A DNA stretch of 64,000 bases from Octopus sinensis (taxonomy: Eukaryota): positions 138,694,001 to 138,758,000 of the forward strand of contig NC_043000.1 in NCBI RefSeq assembly GCF_006345805.1, read 5' to 3'. This document shows positions 49,247 to 63,684 of this stretch, in pieces (positions within the stretch are counted from its first letter, which is position 1; each line of letters begins with the position of its first letter). The translations under genes and the position numbers were made by a program. The notes under the pieces are model-generated. The model ran no database searches. It worked only from the letters and a program-made list of their open reading frames with translations, and was not told the DNA's origin.

Positions 49247-49329
49247 ATGTTAATGCATGGAAGATTCAATATATATACTTACACATACACACATACACAC
49301 ACACACTTTGGCTGTAGTAGTGAATGGGA

Positions 49330-50378
49330 CTCTCTCCAAGAAGACAGTAAGAGGAAGTGGTGTGCTTTAGGGATCTGTCTTGGGGTTGCTGCTATTTATG
49401 ATAACTCTTTCAGACATGCCATCATTTACACAAACAGCTACCCTTACTAGCTATGCTGATGATACAAAATTAATATGAATTGTCTTTTGTATGCATTATT
49501 TGCATTGTATATAGATATTTATAAACATGTACACATGCATATATGTATTCTTTTATTCATTATTCTTTTACCTGTTTCAGGTATTTGACTATGGCCATGC
49601 TGGAACACCACCTTGAAGGATTTCAGTCAAACAAATAGACCCCAGGACATATATTTTTAAAACCTAGTTTTTGAACAAAAAAACCTAGATGTCATTTATA
49701 GACGGGCTGAAGGAAACAACATGCAATTTAATGCATGAAAACTCTAAGCCTTCTGCTATCTGCTAGTTTGCACTAACATGCCCCATCTACGATCATTTAG
49801 ACCAAAAGGAGAGCCAATCCCAGAGTCAAACACAGTGCCTGATCTGAGGATTGGTATGAGCAATGACATCTTGCTTTATGTATATATCACCACGATGGTG
49901 GCAACGTGCAGGTGAATGGCTGGATAGATTCTGAGAACTTTCTGAACAAAGCACCAAGAAACTGGTGGACATTTAGCTTTGGCTACCATGACTATTGCAC
50001 GCAACTATGGTCACTCCCACAGTGTCAAATTATTACAGGAACTTGAGGCAGTTTGGCAAAACTAAACTAGGAACAAAATTTCAATGGAACAACTAAGCTA
50101 CTGGAGCAAAGACTGGAAAGGTATGTAATGATAGACCTGTGGATATTCCTAGCAGAGTTGGCATCAAACTTTGTCATCAAGGCTTATACCAGCCCTCAAA
50201 CTGGACGCCATTGCACAGTTAAAAATGTCCCACCTATCACATTTAGGTACTGCAATGGCTTGGGATTCAAAAGCCCACATCTACTTAATATCTTGCCAAA
50301 ACATCTGAGAATATTCATAAAGTAGGGGTAGATATTTTCGAGAAACAACTTGACCACTTACTGACGAAGGTCCCAGAA
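49330..50378 (+). mobile_element. Decayed CR1-like LINE ORF2 relic, interrupted by a SINE A fragment at about 49550-49650
   Basis: Reads ATLTSYADDTKL, AEGNNMQFN, PKGEPIPES and RYCNGLGFKSPHLLNILPKHLR. Confidence 0.7.
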
Positions 50379-50394
50379 AATGAAAGAAGCCTGT

Positions 50395-50434
<40 letters not shown>

Positions 50435-50552
50435 TTATAAAATGAGAATGCCTTTACTGATATGTAATGGTGTAATAAAATAATGTTTGGGTATCATCTA
50501 ATAGTTGATGTTTTATTGATTTAAGTATGTTTCTCCATTTTCTAATTTTGTA

Positions 50553-50584
<32 letters not shown>

Positions 50585-50592
<8 letters not shown>

Positions 50593-50810
50593 ATGTGTCT
50601 TTGTGTCTGTGTTTGTCCTTCCCCCACTACATAACATAGTGTTGGTGTGTTTACATCCTCGTAACTTACCAGTTCAGCAAAAGACCCACAGAATAAGCAC
50701 TAAGCTTTAAAAATATATGTCTGGGGTCTATTTGTTTGACTAAAATCCTTCAAGGTGGTGCTCCAGCATGGCCACAGTCAAATGACCGAAACAGGTAAAA
50801 GAATAATGAA
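50585..50810 (+). mobile_element. Diverged SINE family A, 3' half
   Basis: ggtggtgctccagcatggccacagtcaaatgaccgaaac. Confidence 0.7.
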
Positions 50811-53027
50811 TAAAAGAATACATATATGCATGTGTACATGTTTATAAATATCTATATACAATGCAAATAATGCATACAAAAGACATTGTTTATATAAAAT
50901 TTTGTCTATATAGGTTAACAGCACTCCATCCAGTGTCCCGAGTCCTTCTAGTCTATGATTAGTTCTCAGCTCTACAATAATGACTCTTGACAACTACTTA
51001 GACACTCCATTTAATGAATTATATCAATATTTTATTATCTTTTCTCTTATATGATACACTCATTTGACAGCTTGCATTGTGTTTCTCTGTCTTTTTCTGA
51101 ATACTTTCATTTTCCTTGTGAAGATTGTATAGTTAATATTAAATAAATATTAGCGTTAATTGAAAACCAACTGCACACTTATGTATGTATATATATATAT
51201 ATCTATATATATATAGATATATATATATATAAATATATGACTCGTCCCACATACATGCTCACATGAAAATATTCATATATATGTACATGCATTCACATAA
51301 AAACATATACATGCTCACATACCCACAGAGAAAAATATATAAACATATGTCTACACATGTATATATATACACATATATACATACACACACACATATATAT
51401 ATATATACACACACATATATACATATATATGTATAGATGGAGGTTTAAGAAGAAAGCAAGTGGCAAATGGCAAAGAGCTGAACTAAAGACGACGAGTAAA
51501 CACAATTAATGATCAAAGAGACCCTTAAGAAAACAACATCAAATAATTAGATCCTAATTAAAGAACAAATATTAAAAAAAAAATGAAAAGGATATATAAA
51601 CATATTAATCAACAAATAAATCAAATAATTTTCATGAGCCACTTGTGCAAAAAAATATGAAGAAGTTTTATAGCGAAGAAATTCTCCTTAATAATTGATA
51701 GTTACATGAGTGGTTTCTTTTGAAGTCTGAAGTGGGGATTTGGTAGTAGGTTTTTAACATGTTAACTGTAGCTGATATTTTGGGTATTACACAGTTGGAT
51801 TAGCACATATTTCAATGCGTGACTGACGATGAAGCTTATAAAGATTGTGTGCTATTTATAATGTTGAGACATAGAGAGAACAATGACTTTTATTATAGTG
51901 CTAATGACAAACCCATGGATATCATAGGTTTAAAAATTGTGAGAGGCAAGATTTTCTGTTAATAAAAGCATCTGTTATTAGCCAACAGTAATTTGCAACA
52001 CAGATGGATAGACAATATAATACAGAGGTAAAAAATTGTAGTTATTTGATACATGATACTATTTTTCCCTGCTAAATAAAATAAAAAAAGTTGAGCACAC
52101 AAACAGTATTCAGTAATCCTTAAAGATTTAAAAAAATTGTTTCTATAATCAAGAAAAAAAACCAAGGGTTACTGAAGACATTTTGTAATTTACCAAAGAC
52201 AATTTAGATTTTAGAGCGATCCTTTTTAATGTGAGATTGTTTTCTTTTTTCAGTTTTGATAATGACAATAATTGTCAAAGCTGGCGATTTTGTGATTGCT
52301 TCTATCAAGAACCAAATTTTGATAGAACTTAACAAAATATAATGGAAAATAATAGAAATGGAATAATCTATCCACATCAGTCATTAGCTGTTGATACACT
52401 ACATCCTTCAAAATTTCCATGCTTCCTGAAATCTGCCAAGCGTAGATCTGATGGCCTTTTATTTTATCTTCTTAGTTGTAGTGCACCTGAACACTGTATA
52501 GAAAAATGTCTTTCATATATATAAAACAATGAGAGAAAATAATAACATAACACTCAGTAATGATTCAGTGCTTTACTTATTTATGGTGACAATTTGATAT
52601 CTTAAACTTGGAACAATAAAGACATATAATGAGCCATTAAGCCTTCAGCTACAAGATCAACATCCTATCAACATAAATACTTACTTTGAATAAGAAATGA
52701 TTCACACTGCAACAGCCAATCCAGTTCTTGCTAGCTGGGAAAGCTAATGATGATGATGATGGTGATGAGGGTGGTGCTGGTGTTGTTGTTGTTGGTGGTG
52801 GTGATGATGATGATGACAGTTCTAAATTATATACAAATATTATTGTTGAAGTTAACCACTCTTGTGCTACTTCAAGTTTTACATGCAAAAACAAGATATA
52901 TTATCTGAGGAACACTTCTTATTTTAAATACGATAACAAGGAAATTAAAGATACTTCAAAAAATATATTTTAAACCATGTGTATGAGATAGAAAACAATA
53001 TGGATATATGAAGCAAATCTGTTGTAT

Positions 53028-53345
53028 TTTTATTTTTATTTATGCACCCTTTTCAAGCCTAGCTAGGTTCATGGGCCCGGTTTCCTGGTTTCTGTGGCGT
53101 AAGTGTTCCCCACAGCTGGACAAGACACCAGTCCATTGCAGTGTTATTCACGAAACAGGAAGAAAGGGAGAGAGAAAGTTGGGGCAAAAGAGTACAACAG
53201 GGGTTGCCACTACCCCCTGCCAGAGCCTCGTGGAGCTTTAGGTGTTTTCGTTCAATAAACACACACAACACCTGGTCTGGGAATTGAAACCATGATCCTC
53301 CGACCGCGTGTCTGCTGCGCTAACCACTGGGCCATTGCACCTCCA
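53028..53345 (-). mobile_element. SINE family C, tail type 2
   Basis: 14-bp TSD caaatctgttgtat at 53014-53027 and 53346-53359. Confidence 0.88.
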
Positions 53346-53614
53346 CAAATCTGTTGTATAGACAGAACCAAATCATATATCGCCATGACTTATTACATGA
53401 TACTAATGTCAGTGTTATTGACTAATATTTACTGTACAACACTTTTGCATTACATAATTTATTTGGTGATAAAAAAAGTAACACTGAACATGTTGTCTTT
53501 ATGTAGTGTGTGTAGGGCAGTAAATCTTTACACTGGGATTCTCAACTACTTTTTGCCTATGAACTCCCTTGATTCCTATTTTAAAAATAGTTTGTATTAT
53601 ATTTTTGTAATTAA

Positions 53615-54085
53615 ATCATCATCATCATCATCATCACTTAACACCCGCTTTCCATGCTAACATGGGTAGGACGATTTGACTGAGGACTAGCGAACCAGAT
53701 GGCTGCACCAGGCTCCAATCTGATCAGGCAGAGTTTCTACGGCTGGATGCCCTTCCTAATGCCAATCACTCCGAGAGTGTAGTGGGTGCTTTTACGTTCC
53801 ACTGGCACAAGGGCCAGTCTGGCGGTACTGGCAATGGCCACACTCAAATGGTGTTTTTTACGTGCCACCTGCACAGGAGTCAGTCCAGCGGCACTGGCAA
53901 CGACCTCACTCAAATGTTTTGTTCATGTGCCACTGGCACAAGTGCCAGTAAGGCAATACTGGTAATGATCATGCTCAAATGGTACCTCTTATGTGCCACC
54001 GGCATGGAAGCCAGACTGCTGCTTTGGCAGTGAACCCGCTCAGATGGAGCTGTTTGCAGTCCACTGGCATAGGTGCCAGTCATCG
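53615..54085 (-). mobile_element. RTE LINE 3' UTR fragment
   Basis: (CAT)n tail and about four VNTR units. Confidence 0.85.
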
Positions 54086-54979
54086 AATTTAGTTCAATAA
54101 CAATTCATTAAAAAAAAAGAAACCTGTTAAAGTATTTTGTAAATTGTGGAAGCACATAAGCTTTAATTACAAAATCTTATATGGACCTCCACCATGGACC
54201 ATGTGAACCTCCATAGGCTATATGGACCCTGGTTGAGAGCCACTATTAGCAGAACCCATTTGAATCCAAAGTTTACTTTGAGAAAAATTGAGCCTAATTA
54301 CCCATATGAAGTTAATAAAACATACATTATATTTGCAGTACGGTAACACTATTTACAGTCAAGATCTCTACTACTCAGTAATATGAATTTGCAGGATGGT
54401 TGAATGAATATGTTTCTTATTCTTGGACTTAGAGAGCAATGCTGCTGACTGAGAACACGATAAATTGCTGTTCTTTTCATTGATTGTCCAGCTTGTTAGT
54501 TTGGTCAACTGAAGTTACCTAGATAAAAAGTTGCAGACAAAAGAACGTCCTAATTTGCAAGAGAATGAAAGCATTTTGGTATGTATCTTGGATAGAGTGT
54601 TGAACAGTGGTTATTCATCTGTGTTTTAATACCCACTTGGGCGTTTTTTGAGCTTACAAGAGACATAAAATAACAAAGAGGTACTATGAAAGTCTGAGGT
54701 GTTAATTGGAGGTCGTAATTTTTCTTAGAAATTAAATGCTTAGCCCATGTACAATATAAAATTTCTTAGGAATAAACTGTGACTGGGCCATACTGTTATC
54801 ATTAATCAGAAATATGAATAATGATGCATTAAGGTTCAATATGATTTCATTATATAAATCATTAACCTCTTTAGTAATTTCCATAAAAATTTAATGTAAA
54901 CAGCACTAGTCTATGCAAAGTTCTTAAAGAGGTTTGTGTTTGAATAAGAAAAATTGAGATTATAAGCAAAAGTAAGCAT

Positions 54980-55380
54980 AGGCACAGGAGTGGCTGTGTG
55001 GTAAGTAGCTTGCTTACCAACCACATGGTTGTGGGTTCAGTCCCACTGCATGGCACCTTGTCTTCTACTATAGCCTCGGGCCGACCAAAGCCTTGTGAGT
55101 GGATTTGGTAATGGAAGCTGAAAAAAGTCCGTCGTATATATGTGTATATATATGTATGTGTGTATATATTTGTGTGTCTGTGTTTGTCTCCCCAACATCG
55201 CTTGACAACTGATGGTGGTGTGTTTACGTCCCCCGTAACTTAGCGGTTCGGCAAAAGAGACCGATAGAATAAGTACTAGGCTTACAAAGAATAAGTCCTG
55301 GGGTCGATTTGCTTGATTAAAGGCGGTGCTCCAGCATGGTCACAGTCAAATGACTGAAACAAGTAAAGGAGTAAAAGGAG
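54980..55380 (+). mobile_element. SINE family A, full length
   Basis: Head, core and tail present. Confidence 0.9.
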
Positions 55381-55443
55381 TATAATACAGATTATGTTTG
55401 CTTTGAAAAATATGGGGGGGGGCACTGGTGCAATGCTTATGAT

Positions 55444-55748
55444 TTGTTTGTTCCTTCTTGAGCCATGCCTGGCTCATAAGGGCCGGTTTCCTGGTTCCCT
55501 TGGCGTATAGCTTCCCCACCTGGACGGGATGCCAGTCCATCATAGGTGAGCTGCAAGATGCAGGAGGAAAGAGTGAGAGAAAATTGTGGCGAAAGAGTCA
55601 GCAGAAGTTCGCCATTATCTTCTGCCGGAGCCGCGTGGAGCTTAGGTATTTCGCTCATAAACACACACGTCGCCCGGTCTGAGATTCGAACCCATGATCC
55701 CTCGACCACAAGTCCGCTGCTCTAACCATTAGGCCACGTGCCTCCACT
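55444..55748 (-). mobile_element. SINE family C, tail type 3
   Basis: 12-bp TSD aatgcttatgat at 55432-55443 and 55749-55760. Confidence 0.88.
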
Positions 55749-56623
55749 AATGCTTATGATGAAATGGGGATACTGAACTATAAAAGTCTGAGAGTGACTG
55801 CTGTTGAGGATTTGGCTGCTATTGCTCTTAGATGATTCTAAAATTAGAATTTAAAAGTACAATTTAAAACAAATTTCAATGTGTTTTTATTTAACTAAGC
55901 ATAATCTCAGAGAAGTGTTTACCATTTTTATTCCCAGTGTGCTAATTAGATGTATTTCAGTTGGCTAGAGTAAAATTAGGATTACTCTCTTAATTAGAAT
56001 TTGGTTTCTTAATTAAGATTTATGGACCTCTCATAGAAATTTGTATCATTAGTGTTACATACATAGTAATATTGCTTGATAGGGTATTCTGATAATGTAT
56101 TTCATGTTTTCTCTAATCCATCGATACAATTTCTAATTTTACTTTATCCTCTGCAGCTAAGATTTTACTTTAACCATTTTTGTTACCATATTTCTGTCGA
56201 CATACATTATCTTTGTTTCAATCAGCTTTAAAAATAATGAAAAAGTTTGGCAAAATAACTTGGTCTTTGTTAAGCTAGAGTTTAGAACATAAATTAACAT
56301 GAAATACTGATAAAATGTTTGAATTTTGATCACTTTAAAATACAGAGGTTATATCACAGAATAATGGACTTCACAGGCAGGCTGGCATTTTGAAAGTACA
56401 GAAATTGTTATGAAATACTGTTTTACTGAAAAATGGTCTTCTTACATCTAATTACTCAATTTATTAATATGATTTCATTCTCAAGTCTCAACTAATTGAA
56501 TTCATTAGAAAATATTGTTGTGTTTATTTTTTAATTTCGTCCTGAAAAGATCAAAAAAATATTTTTGAATAAAGCTTAATCTGAACTCAAAATCTAGATG
56601 GACAAAATAAGATGCAATCACTA

Positions 56624-57024
56624 TACTCTTTTACTTGTTTCAGTCATTTGACTGTGGCCATGCTGGAGCACCACCTTTAGTCGAGCAAATCGACCCTGGG
56701 ACTTATTGTTTGTAAGCCCAGTACTTATTCTATCGGTCTCTTTTGCCGAACCGCTAAGTGACGGGGACGTAAACACACCAGCATCAGTTGTCAAGCAATG
56801 CTAGAGGGACAAACACAGACACACAATCATCACACACACATACACATGTATACATATATACGACAGGCTTCTTTCAGTTTCCGTCTACCAAATCCACTCA
56901 CAAGGCATTGGTCGGCCCGGGGCTATAGCAGAAGACACTTGCCCAAGATGCCACGCAGTGGGACTGAACCCGGAACCATGTGGTTGGTTAGCAAGCTACT
57001 TACCACACAGCCACTCCTGCACCT
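56624..57024 (-). mobile_element. SINE family A, full length
   Basis: Head, core and tail present. Confidence 0.9.
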
Positions 57025-57786
57025 ATATATAATATATATAATACCCTCAATTTTTTTCCATGCTAGCATGGGTATGTCTTTGCATGTACATAATTATTTT
57101 GAGAATAATACTTTAGATTTCGAAGCAGTTGGACTTGTTCTGATTTATAGAATTTACTTTATAAATCATTCAGCATGAGCTGGAGTCATTCTGCTTAATT
57201 TTTACATGTGTCTCATAATGTTTAATGAAATAGTTTTCTAAATTAATCAACAGCATTCCTACTTTGTTGCTATAGCAGCAGTTCTACTTAGTAGTTCTGT
57301 TTTTTTCTTTTTTATATGAAAGTTCATTTAAATCTTAACTCACATGTAATGAAATGCAATGCGAGTTTACATTGATGATGGTGGCAGAGGGAAACTAAGT
57401 TAGTGGAGTGACAGTGAGCGACAGTCAGAGACGTTCAATGCAGGTAAAATGTAGTCAAAGGTTTTAATCTGAAGTCGTTGAACAACTTTGTATCATAAAT
57501 AATATTTACTTTAACAAATTCACACATACACCATCATCATCGTTGTCATCATTGTCATCATCATCATCATTTAATGTCTGTTTTCCATGCTGACATGAGT
57601 TCTCTGTTGTTTTTCAAACTATTGTTCAAGTAACATTCATATATAAACAAACATACATACATATGTATGTATATACATATATATATATAAGTCCATTTTC
57701 CATTCTTGCTTACCATGAATGAACTCTTATTATTTTTCCAGCTAGACGATGACACATTTACGCACACATGCATATACACATATGCG

Positions 57787-57822
<36 letters not shown>

Positions 57823-57939
57823 TACTTCTCTCAGTTTCTATCGACTAAATCAACTCATGAAACTTTGGTCAGCCCAGGGCTATACATATATACATATATA
57901 CACACATATACATATGTATGTATGTATGTATGTATCTAT

Positions 57940-58230
57940 AAAACCAATCAAACTGCCATGTAAAAAGCATTGGTGTGAGTGATGGTTCCACATAAAAACC
58001 ATTGGTGCTGGTGCTATGTAAAAACCACTGGTGATGTATAAAGCACCCAGTACCATCTGAAAAGTGGTTGGTATTAGGAAGGACATCCAACTGTAGAAAT
58101 GAAACCAAAACTGACTATGGAACCGGGTGTGGCCTCTAGCCGTGCCAGTTCTTGTCAATCTGTCCAACCCATGCCAGCATGGAAAAAAGATGTTAAATGA
58201 TGAAGATGTTGATGATGGTGATGATGATGA
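57940..58230 (+). mobile_element. Diverged RTE 3' UTR fragment
   Basis: ggttggtattaggaaggacatcc...ccaacccatgccagcatgg...(GAT)n. Confidence 0.75.
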
Positions 58231-58294
58231 TATATGCATGCTTGTGTGTGTGTGTGTGTAGCTGTATGGTAAGAACTTGGCTGCTCAACTCCTC

Positions 58295-58570
58295 TATAGC
58301 CCAGGGCTGACCAAAGTCTCATGAGTAGATTTAGTCGATAGAAACTGAGAGAAGTATGTTGTTTATACACCTGTGTGTGCCTTTGGGCCTGTGTTTGTAC
58401 ATCACCTGACATGGTTTGTTTACATCCCCATATGTTGGCAGTTTGGCAAAAGACACTGATAGAATAATTACCAGGTTCAGGATCAAAAGAATAAGTACTG
58501 GGATCAGTTCATTCAACAAAACCCCTATATTTCATGGATGTAGTCTAATGATTGAAACAAGAAAAGATAA
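58295..58570 (+). mobile_element. Old SINE family A-related copy
   Basis: Diverged core and 3' half. Confidence 0.6.
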
Positions 58571-58576
58571 AAGGTA

Positions 58577-59110
58577 TGTTAGGTCAACCGAAAGTTCATA
58601 GGCTGACCAAGATACTCTCAAGTAATGTGTCCAAACGAGGTTGATTCTTCAACATAGTCCCCCTTGCAATCAATACATATCTTTCATTGGTGTTGCAATG
58701 CTTGAATCCCATTGTTAAATAAGCTTTCATCCTGATTGTTAAAGATGTCATCAACAGCAGATATGACATTGTCATCACTGTAGTACAGGTTCCCAGCTAA
58801 GTGCTTTTTCATGTTTGGGGAACAGCTGATAATCAGATGGGGCCAAGTCAGGAGAATAGGGAGGGTGATCAACCATTTCAAAGACACAGTCACACACTGC
58901 AGCCATTGAAACCAAGGACTTGTGTGCTGGAGCTTTGTGCTCAGGAAACAAGAGCCCTTTCCTCAGTTTTTCTGGGCTTTTGATCTTGATAGCCTTTCAT
59001 AACTGCCTCAGCAAGTTGGTATAGTACTCTCCCTTATTAATGTTGCCCTTTTGAAGATAGGCAGAATATTCTCAACTTTCACAGGAGCATTTAAAGGAGT
59101 GATGCCAGAC
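58577..59110 (-). mobile_element. Mariner (DD34D-type) transposase relic with TIR
   Basis: GEYYTNLLRQL...KAPAHKSLVSMAAV...DHPPYSPDLAPSDYQLFPNMKKHLAG...GIQALQHQ*...KGDYVE; TIR-like aaagttcataggctgacc. Confidence 0.88.
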
Positions 59111-59137
59111 CTGTGAAATCTTGCATGCATTAATTTG

Positions 59138-59186
<49 letters not shown>

Positions 59187-59248
59187 CCCATGCTAGCATG
59201 GAAAGCGGACGTTAAACGATGATGATGATGATGATGATATATATATAT

Positions 59249-59336
<88 letters not shown>

Positions 59337-59745
59337 AGGTGCAGGAGTGGCTGTGTGGTAAGTAGCTTGTTTACCAACCACATGGTTCCGGGTTCAGTCC
59401 CACTGCGTGGTTACCTTGGGCAAGTGTCTTCTACTATAGCCTCGGGCCGACCAAAGCTTTGTGAGTGGATTTGGTAGACGGAAACTGAAAGAAGCCTGTC
59501 GCATATATGTATATATATATGCGTGTGTGTGTTTGTGTTTGTCCCCCTAGCATTGCTTGACAACCGATGCTGGTGTGTTTATGTCCCCGTTACTTAGCGG
59601 TTCGGCACAAGAGACCGATAGAATAAGTACTGGGCTTACAAAAAGAATAAGTCCCGGGGTCGAGTTGCTCGATTAAAGGCGGTGCTCCAGCATGGCCACA
59701 GTCAAATGACTGAAACAAGTAAAAGAGTCAAGAGTAAAAGAGTAC
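59337..59745 (+). mobile_element. SINE family A, full length
   Basis: Head, core and tail present. Confidence 0.9.
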
Positions 59746-60108
59746 ATATGTATGAAGTATTGCTGGAATAATACCCGGACAATCACTGTCCTTTATACCA
59801 ATACTTATTTTGTAAAAATGCCATGAAAATAAATAAAACACCCATGCTGGTGCCACATATCAAGCACTGGGGCTAGTGCCATATAGAAAACACCCAGTAC
59901 ATGCTGTAAAGTGGTTGGCATTAGGAATGGAATCTAGCTGTAGAAACCATCTCAAAGCAGACAATTGGAGCCTGGTGCAGTCTTTTAGCTTGCTAGTTCC
60001 TGCCAAACTATCCAACCCATGGCAGCAATGGAAAACAGATGTTTATATATATACAAATACGCACACACACACACACACACTTTTTTTATACATATGCATA
60101 CATATATG

Positions 60109-60415
60109 TCACTCACTGTGACCGACCAGGCTATCAGATGTTGCTACACATCGCTGGTCACAATGCGCTTAGCATTGTTTTAGCCTTTAAATGATGCCAT
60201 CTCGCTGGCTAAGCGAGCAGGCCAACAAACGAAAGAGTGAGAGAAAGTTGTGGCGAAAGATTACAGCAGGGATCGCCACCACCCCCTGCCGGAGCCTCGT
60301 GGAGCTTTAGGTGTTTTCGCTCAATAAACACTCACAACGCCCGGTCTGGGAATCGAAACCGCGATCCTACGACCGCGAGTTCGCTGCCCTAACCACTGGA
60401 CCATTGTGCTTCCAC
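60109..60415 (-). mobile_element. SINE family C, tail type 4
   Basis: Intact tRNA-like head (tggtccagtggttagggcagcg...ggtttcgattcc); tail unrelated to the other C copies. Confidence 0.85.
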
Positions 60416-61025
60416 ATAAATGTATATATATATATAAACCATAAAAGTCAGGAGGTATGAGAGACGAATATATATTTATTTAAACAAGAGACATCCTTAG
60501 GTTTATGACGGTTTCCCAACCTTCTTCATGTCGTATTAATTTCAGTATGGAAGAAATTATGCTTACATGTTTGCATAAATATGTTTGCTCTGCTTCATAC
60601 AATGAAATTGCATATTCAGAAATCAATGGAAATAAAGAAAGCTAGCTCATGAAATCACCAGAATATTGTGGTTACACCACTAATCGACTGAATATGTATA
60701 TATGTGTGTTTGTATGTGTGTGTGTATGTGTGTTTATCTTACTGTCTCCTTATCTGACATCAGACAGTAGTTTTAAGCGAGTACCGCTGTCATGTGATAG
60801 GTGTTCTTTTTTTTCCTATCTTCCATGAAATCATGTCTCGGTATGGTGAAATATTATCTTACTTTTAAGTAGGTAAAGGTTGGCAACAGAAATGGCAGCT
60901 AACTGTACAAAACCTGTCTAGTCAATGTGAGCATGGAAAAGTGAATGTTTCATATGTATATTCCATGGATGATATTCTTAATTAAGATGTTGCAACCACA
61001 TCTGATTGTTGTAAGGCTTCAATTG

Positions 61026-61330
61026 AAATGAATGAATGTTTGTTCCTTCTCGAACCATGCCTGGCTCATAAGAGCCGGTTTCCCGGTTTCCTTGGCATAT
61101 AGGTTCCCCACCTGGACAGGACGCCGGTCCATCACAAGATGCAGGAGGAAAGAGTGAGAGAAAGTTGTGGCAAAAGAGTCAGCAGATGTTCACCATTACC
61201 TTCTGCCGGAGCCATGTGGAGTTTAGGTGTTTCACACATAAACACACACATCACCCGGTCTGAGATTCAAACCCACGATCCCTCAACCACGAGTCCGTTG
61301 CTCTAACCACTAGGCCATGTGCCTCCACTA
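61026..61330 (-). mobile_element. SINE family C, tail type 3
   Basis: 13-bp TSD aaggcttcaattg / aaggtttcaattg. Confidence 0.85.
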
Positions 61331-62079
61331 AAGGTTTCAATTGGGCATTTATGTACAAATATTTACTCAATTACTGATATTTATCAATGATTTCTTCCAT
61401 TGTTTTGATGCACTGTACTTTATCATTAATAAAACTGCTGGCATTTTGATGACATGGGTATACTTAATTATATTTCCATAAGATATTTTAAGGAGAGAAA
61501 TGAACTTTGTTGGAGTAATATACAGACAATCACAGTCTTTCACATCAATATTTACTTTTTGAAAATACCCTAAAAAAAATAAATAAACCGCCTGCGTTGG
61601 AGCCACATATAAACACTGAGACTGGTGCCACAAATAAAGCACTGGGGCTAGTGCCATGTAGGAAGCACCCAGTACACTCTGTAAAGTGATTGGCACTAGG
61701 TAGGGTGTCCAGCCATAGAAGCAATGTCAAAACAGACAACTGGAGCCTGGTGCAGCTTCCTGGATTTGCAGCTCTTGTCAAACCATCCAACTTGTGCTAA
61801 CAGGGAGAACGAAGATGATCATGATATTTGTTTGTCTGCAGCCACTTTTCCGTGGCTTCTTGGTCTTAAATGAACATAATTGAGATATCTATACAACTTG
61901 ATGCTCTTCTTGTCACTAACACTTTGTCGTTTTCAAGTAAGTGGCATCTTGGTAACAGAAGTAACAAAAACATTATTCTTAGTGACTGTCATAAAACACA
62001 CATAAAAACACTCTGATACCCAGACACCCACATATACAGATCTATAAGTATATAAATATATGTGTATTACATATATATA

Positions 62080-62266
62080 GGGAAAGTTTACAAAAAAAAA
62101 ACAAAAGACGAAGACAGGTGGTGTAGAAAACAAACAGATGTATTAGTATAACGCTCAGGAATAGAAAAAGTCTTTTACGTTTCGAGCCTATAGAAAGGGA
62201 CACAGAAAAAACAAGGAGAGAAGAAAATGTGTGTAGTGGCTAAAGATCTATCATAACAAGGTCTAG
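62080..62266 (-). mobile_element. Penelope-like terminal repeat; hammerhead core partly deleted
   Basis: Homologous to 45055-45266; retains ggctcgaaacgtaaaagac; flanked by (TA)n. Confidence 0.6.
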
Positions 62267-62282
62267 TTATATATATATATAG

Positions 62283-63621
62283 CAAAGTTTAGTTAACCTA
62301 GCAAAAACCAAAGTCTTAGTAAGTAGGAAAGTAGACAAATCACAAATCCCCTCAGGTAGATGGCCCTGCTTAATCTGTAGGAAAGGCATAGGTAGAAATT
62401 CATTAAGATGTACCCAGTGTAAACTATCGACACATAAGAGGTGCAGGAATATCAGAAGAAGGTTAACAAGGAAACTAGTTTTTGAGTGCTGAAGGTGTGC
62501 CAGTAGAGTTAACACTAAAAATTTACAGAAAATAGATAACATCAAATGCCAGGGGGTAAAACTAGAAGTAGTTGATAGCTTCTGTTATCTAGGTGACCAA
62601 GTCAGTTGTGGAGGTGGATGCTCTGAGAACATAGATGCAAGAATAAGAATTGGTTAGGCAAAGTTCTGAGAGCTCCAACCACTTTTGGTAATGAAGAGTC
62701 TCTTACACAGAGTGAAAGGTAGATAGTATGATGCCTGTATAGGAATAGCCATGCTACACAGCAGTGAAACATAGGCTGTGAAGGCTGAGGATGTGTGTAG
62801 GCTTGAAAGAAATGAAGCTAATATGCTCTGCTGGATGTGCAATGTCAGTGTGCAGGCATGACAGAATGTAAATTTCTTGAGAGAAAAGTTGGGCATAAGG
62901 GGCATAAGATGTGGTGTACAAGAGAGACGATTGTATTGATATGATCATGTGATGCATATGGATGTTGACAGCTGTGTGAAGAAATGCCGGTCTCTACCAG
63001 TGAAAGGAAGCTGTGAAAGAGGGACACCCAGGAAGACATAGGATGTGGTGGTGAAGCATGATCTTTGAACACTGGGTCTCACGGAGCAATGACTAGTGAG
63101 CAAGACATTTGGTGATATGCTGCATTTGCAAAGACCTTCAAGACAAGTGAAATCATAGTTGTTGCTGTCGTTGGTGTCACATAGCTGGCATCTATGCTGG
63201 TGGCATGTAAAAAGTACCTTTTGAGTGCTGGGCCTCAATGAGGCATTGACAAATGACCGAGATGGTTGGCAATATGCTGTGCTTGAGAAGAGCCATCAAG
63301 CTGGGTGAAATCGTAATTGTGACAGATATTGGCACATAAGTAACATAATCGCCTATTAAGTTGACATTTTCACATCATACATATTAATAAGAATCTCTAC
63401 GCTCCTATATCTATTCATCGAATGCATGCTCTTTCTTTGTTCACACACATTATACATCACACAGGTAAAAGCACCCATTATGCTCTCAGAGCGGTTGGCA
63501 TTAGGAAGGGCATCCAACTGTAGAAACCATGCCAAATCAGACTGGAATCTGGTGCAGCCCCTCAGCATATTAATCCTTTCCAAACCGTCCAACCCATGCC
63601 AGCATGGACAGCGGATGTTAA

Positions 63622-63684
<63 letters not shown>
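62283..63684 (+). mobile_element. Older, decayed 5'-truncated RTE LINE, same family as 46994-48402
   Basis: VNLAKTKVLVSRKVDK...WPCLICRKGIGRNSLRCTQCK..., many stops; 3' UTR and (GAT)n at 63623-63684. Confidence 0.9.

Noticed and set aside
60330-60415. tRNA gene-like sequences (also the heads of families A and B)
   Set aside because: They are SINE heads continuous with SINE cores; there is no complete cloverleaf or Pol III terminator.
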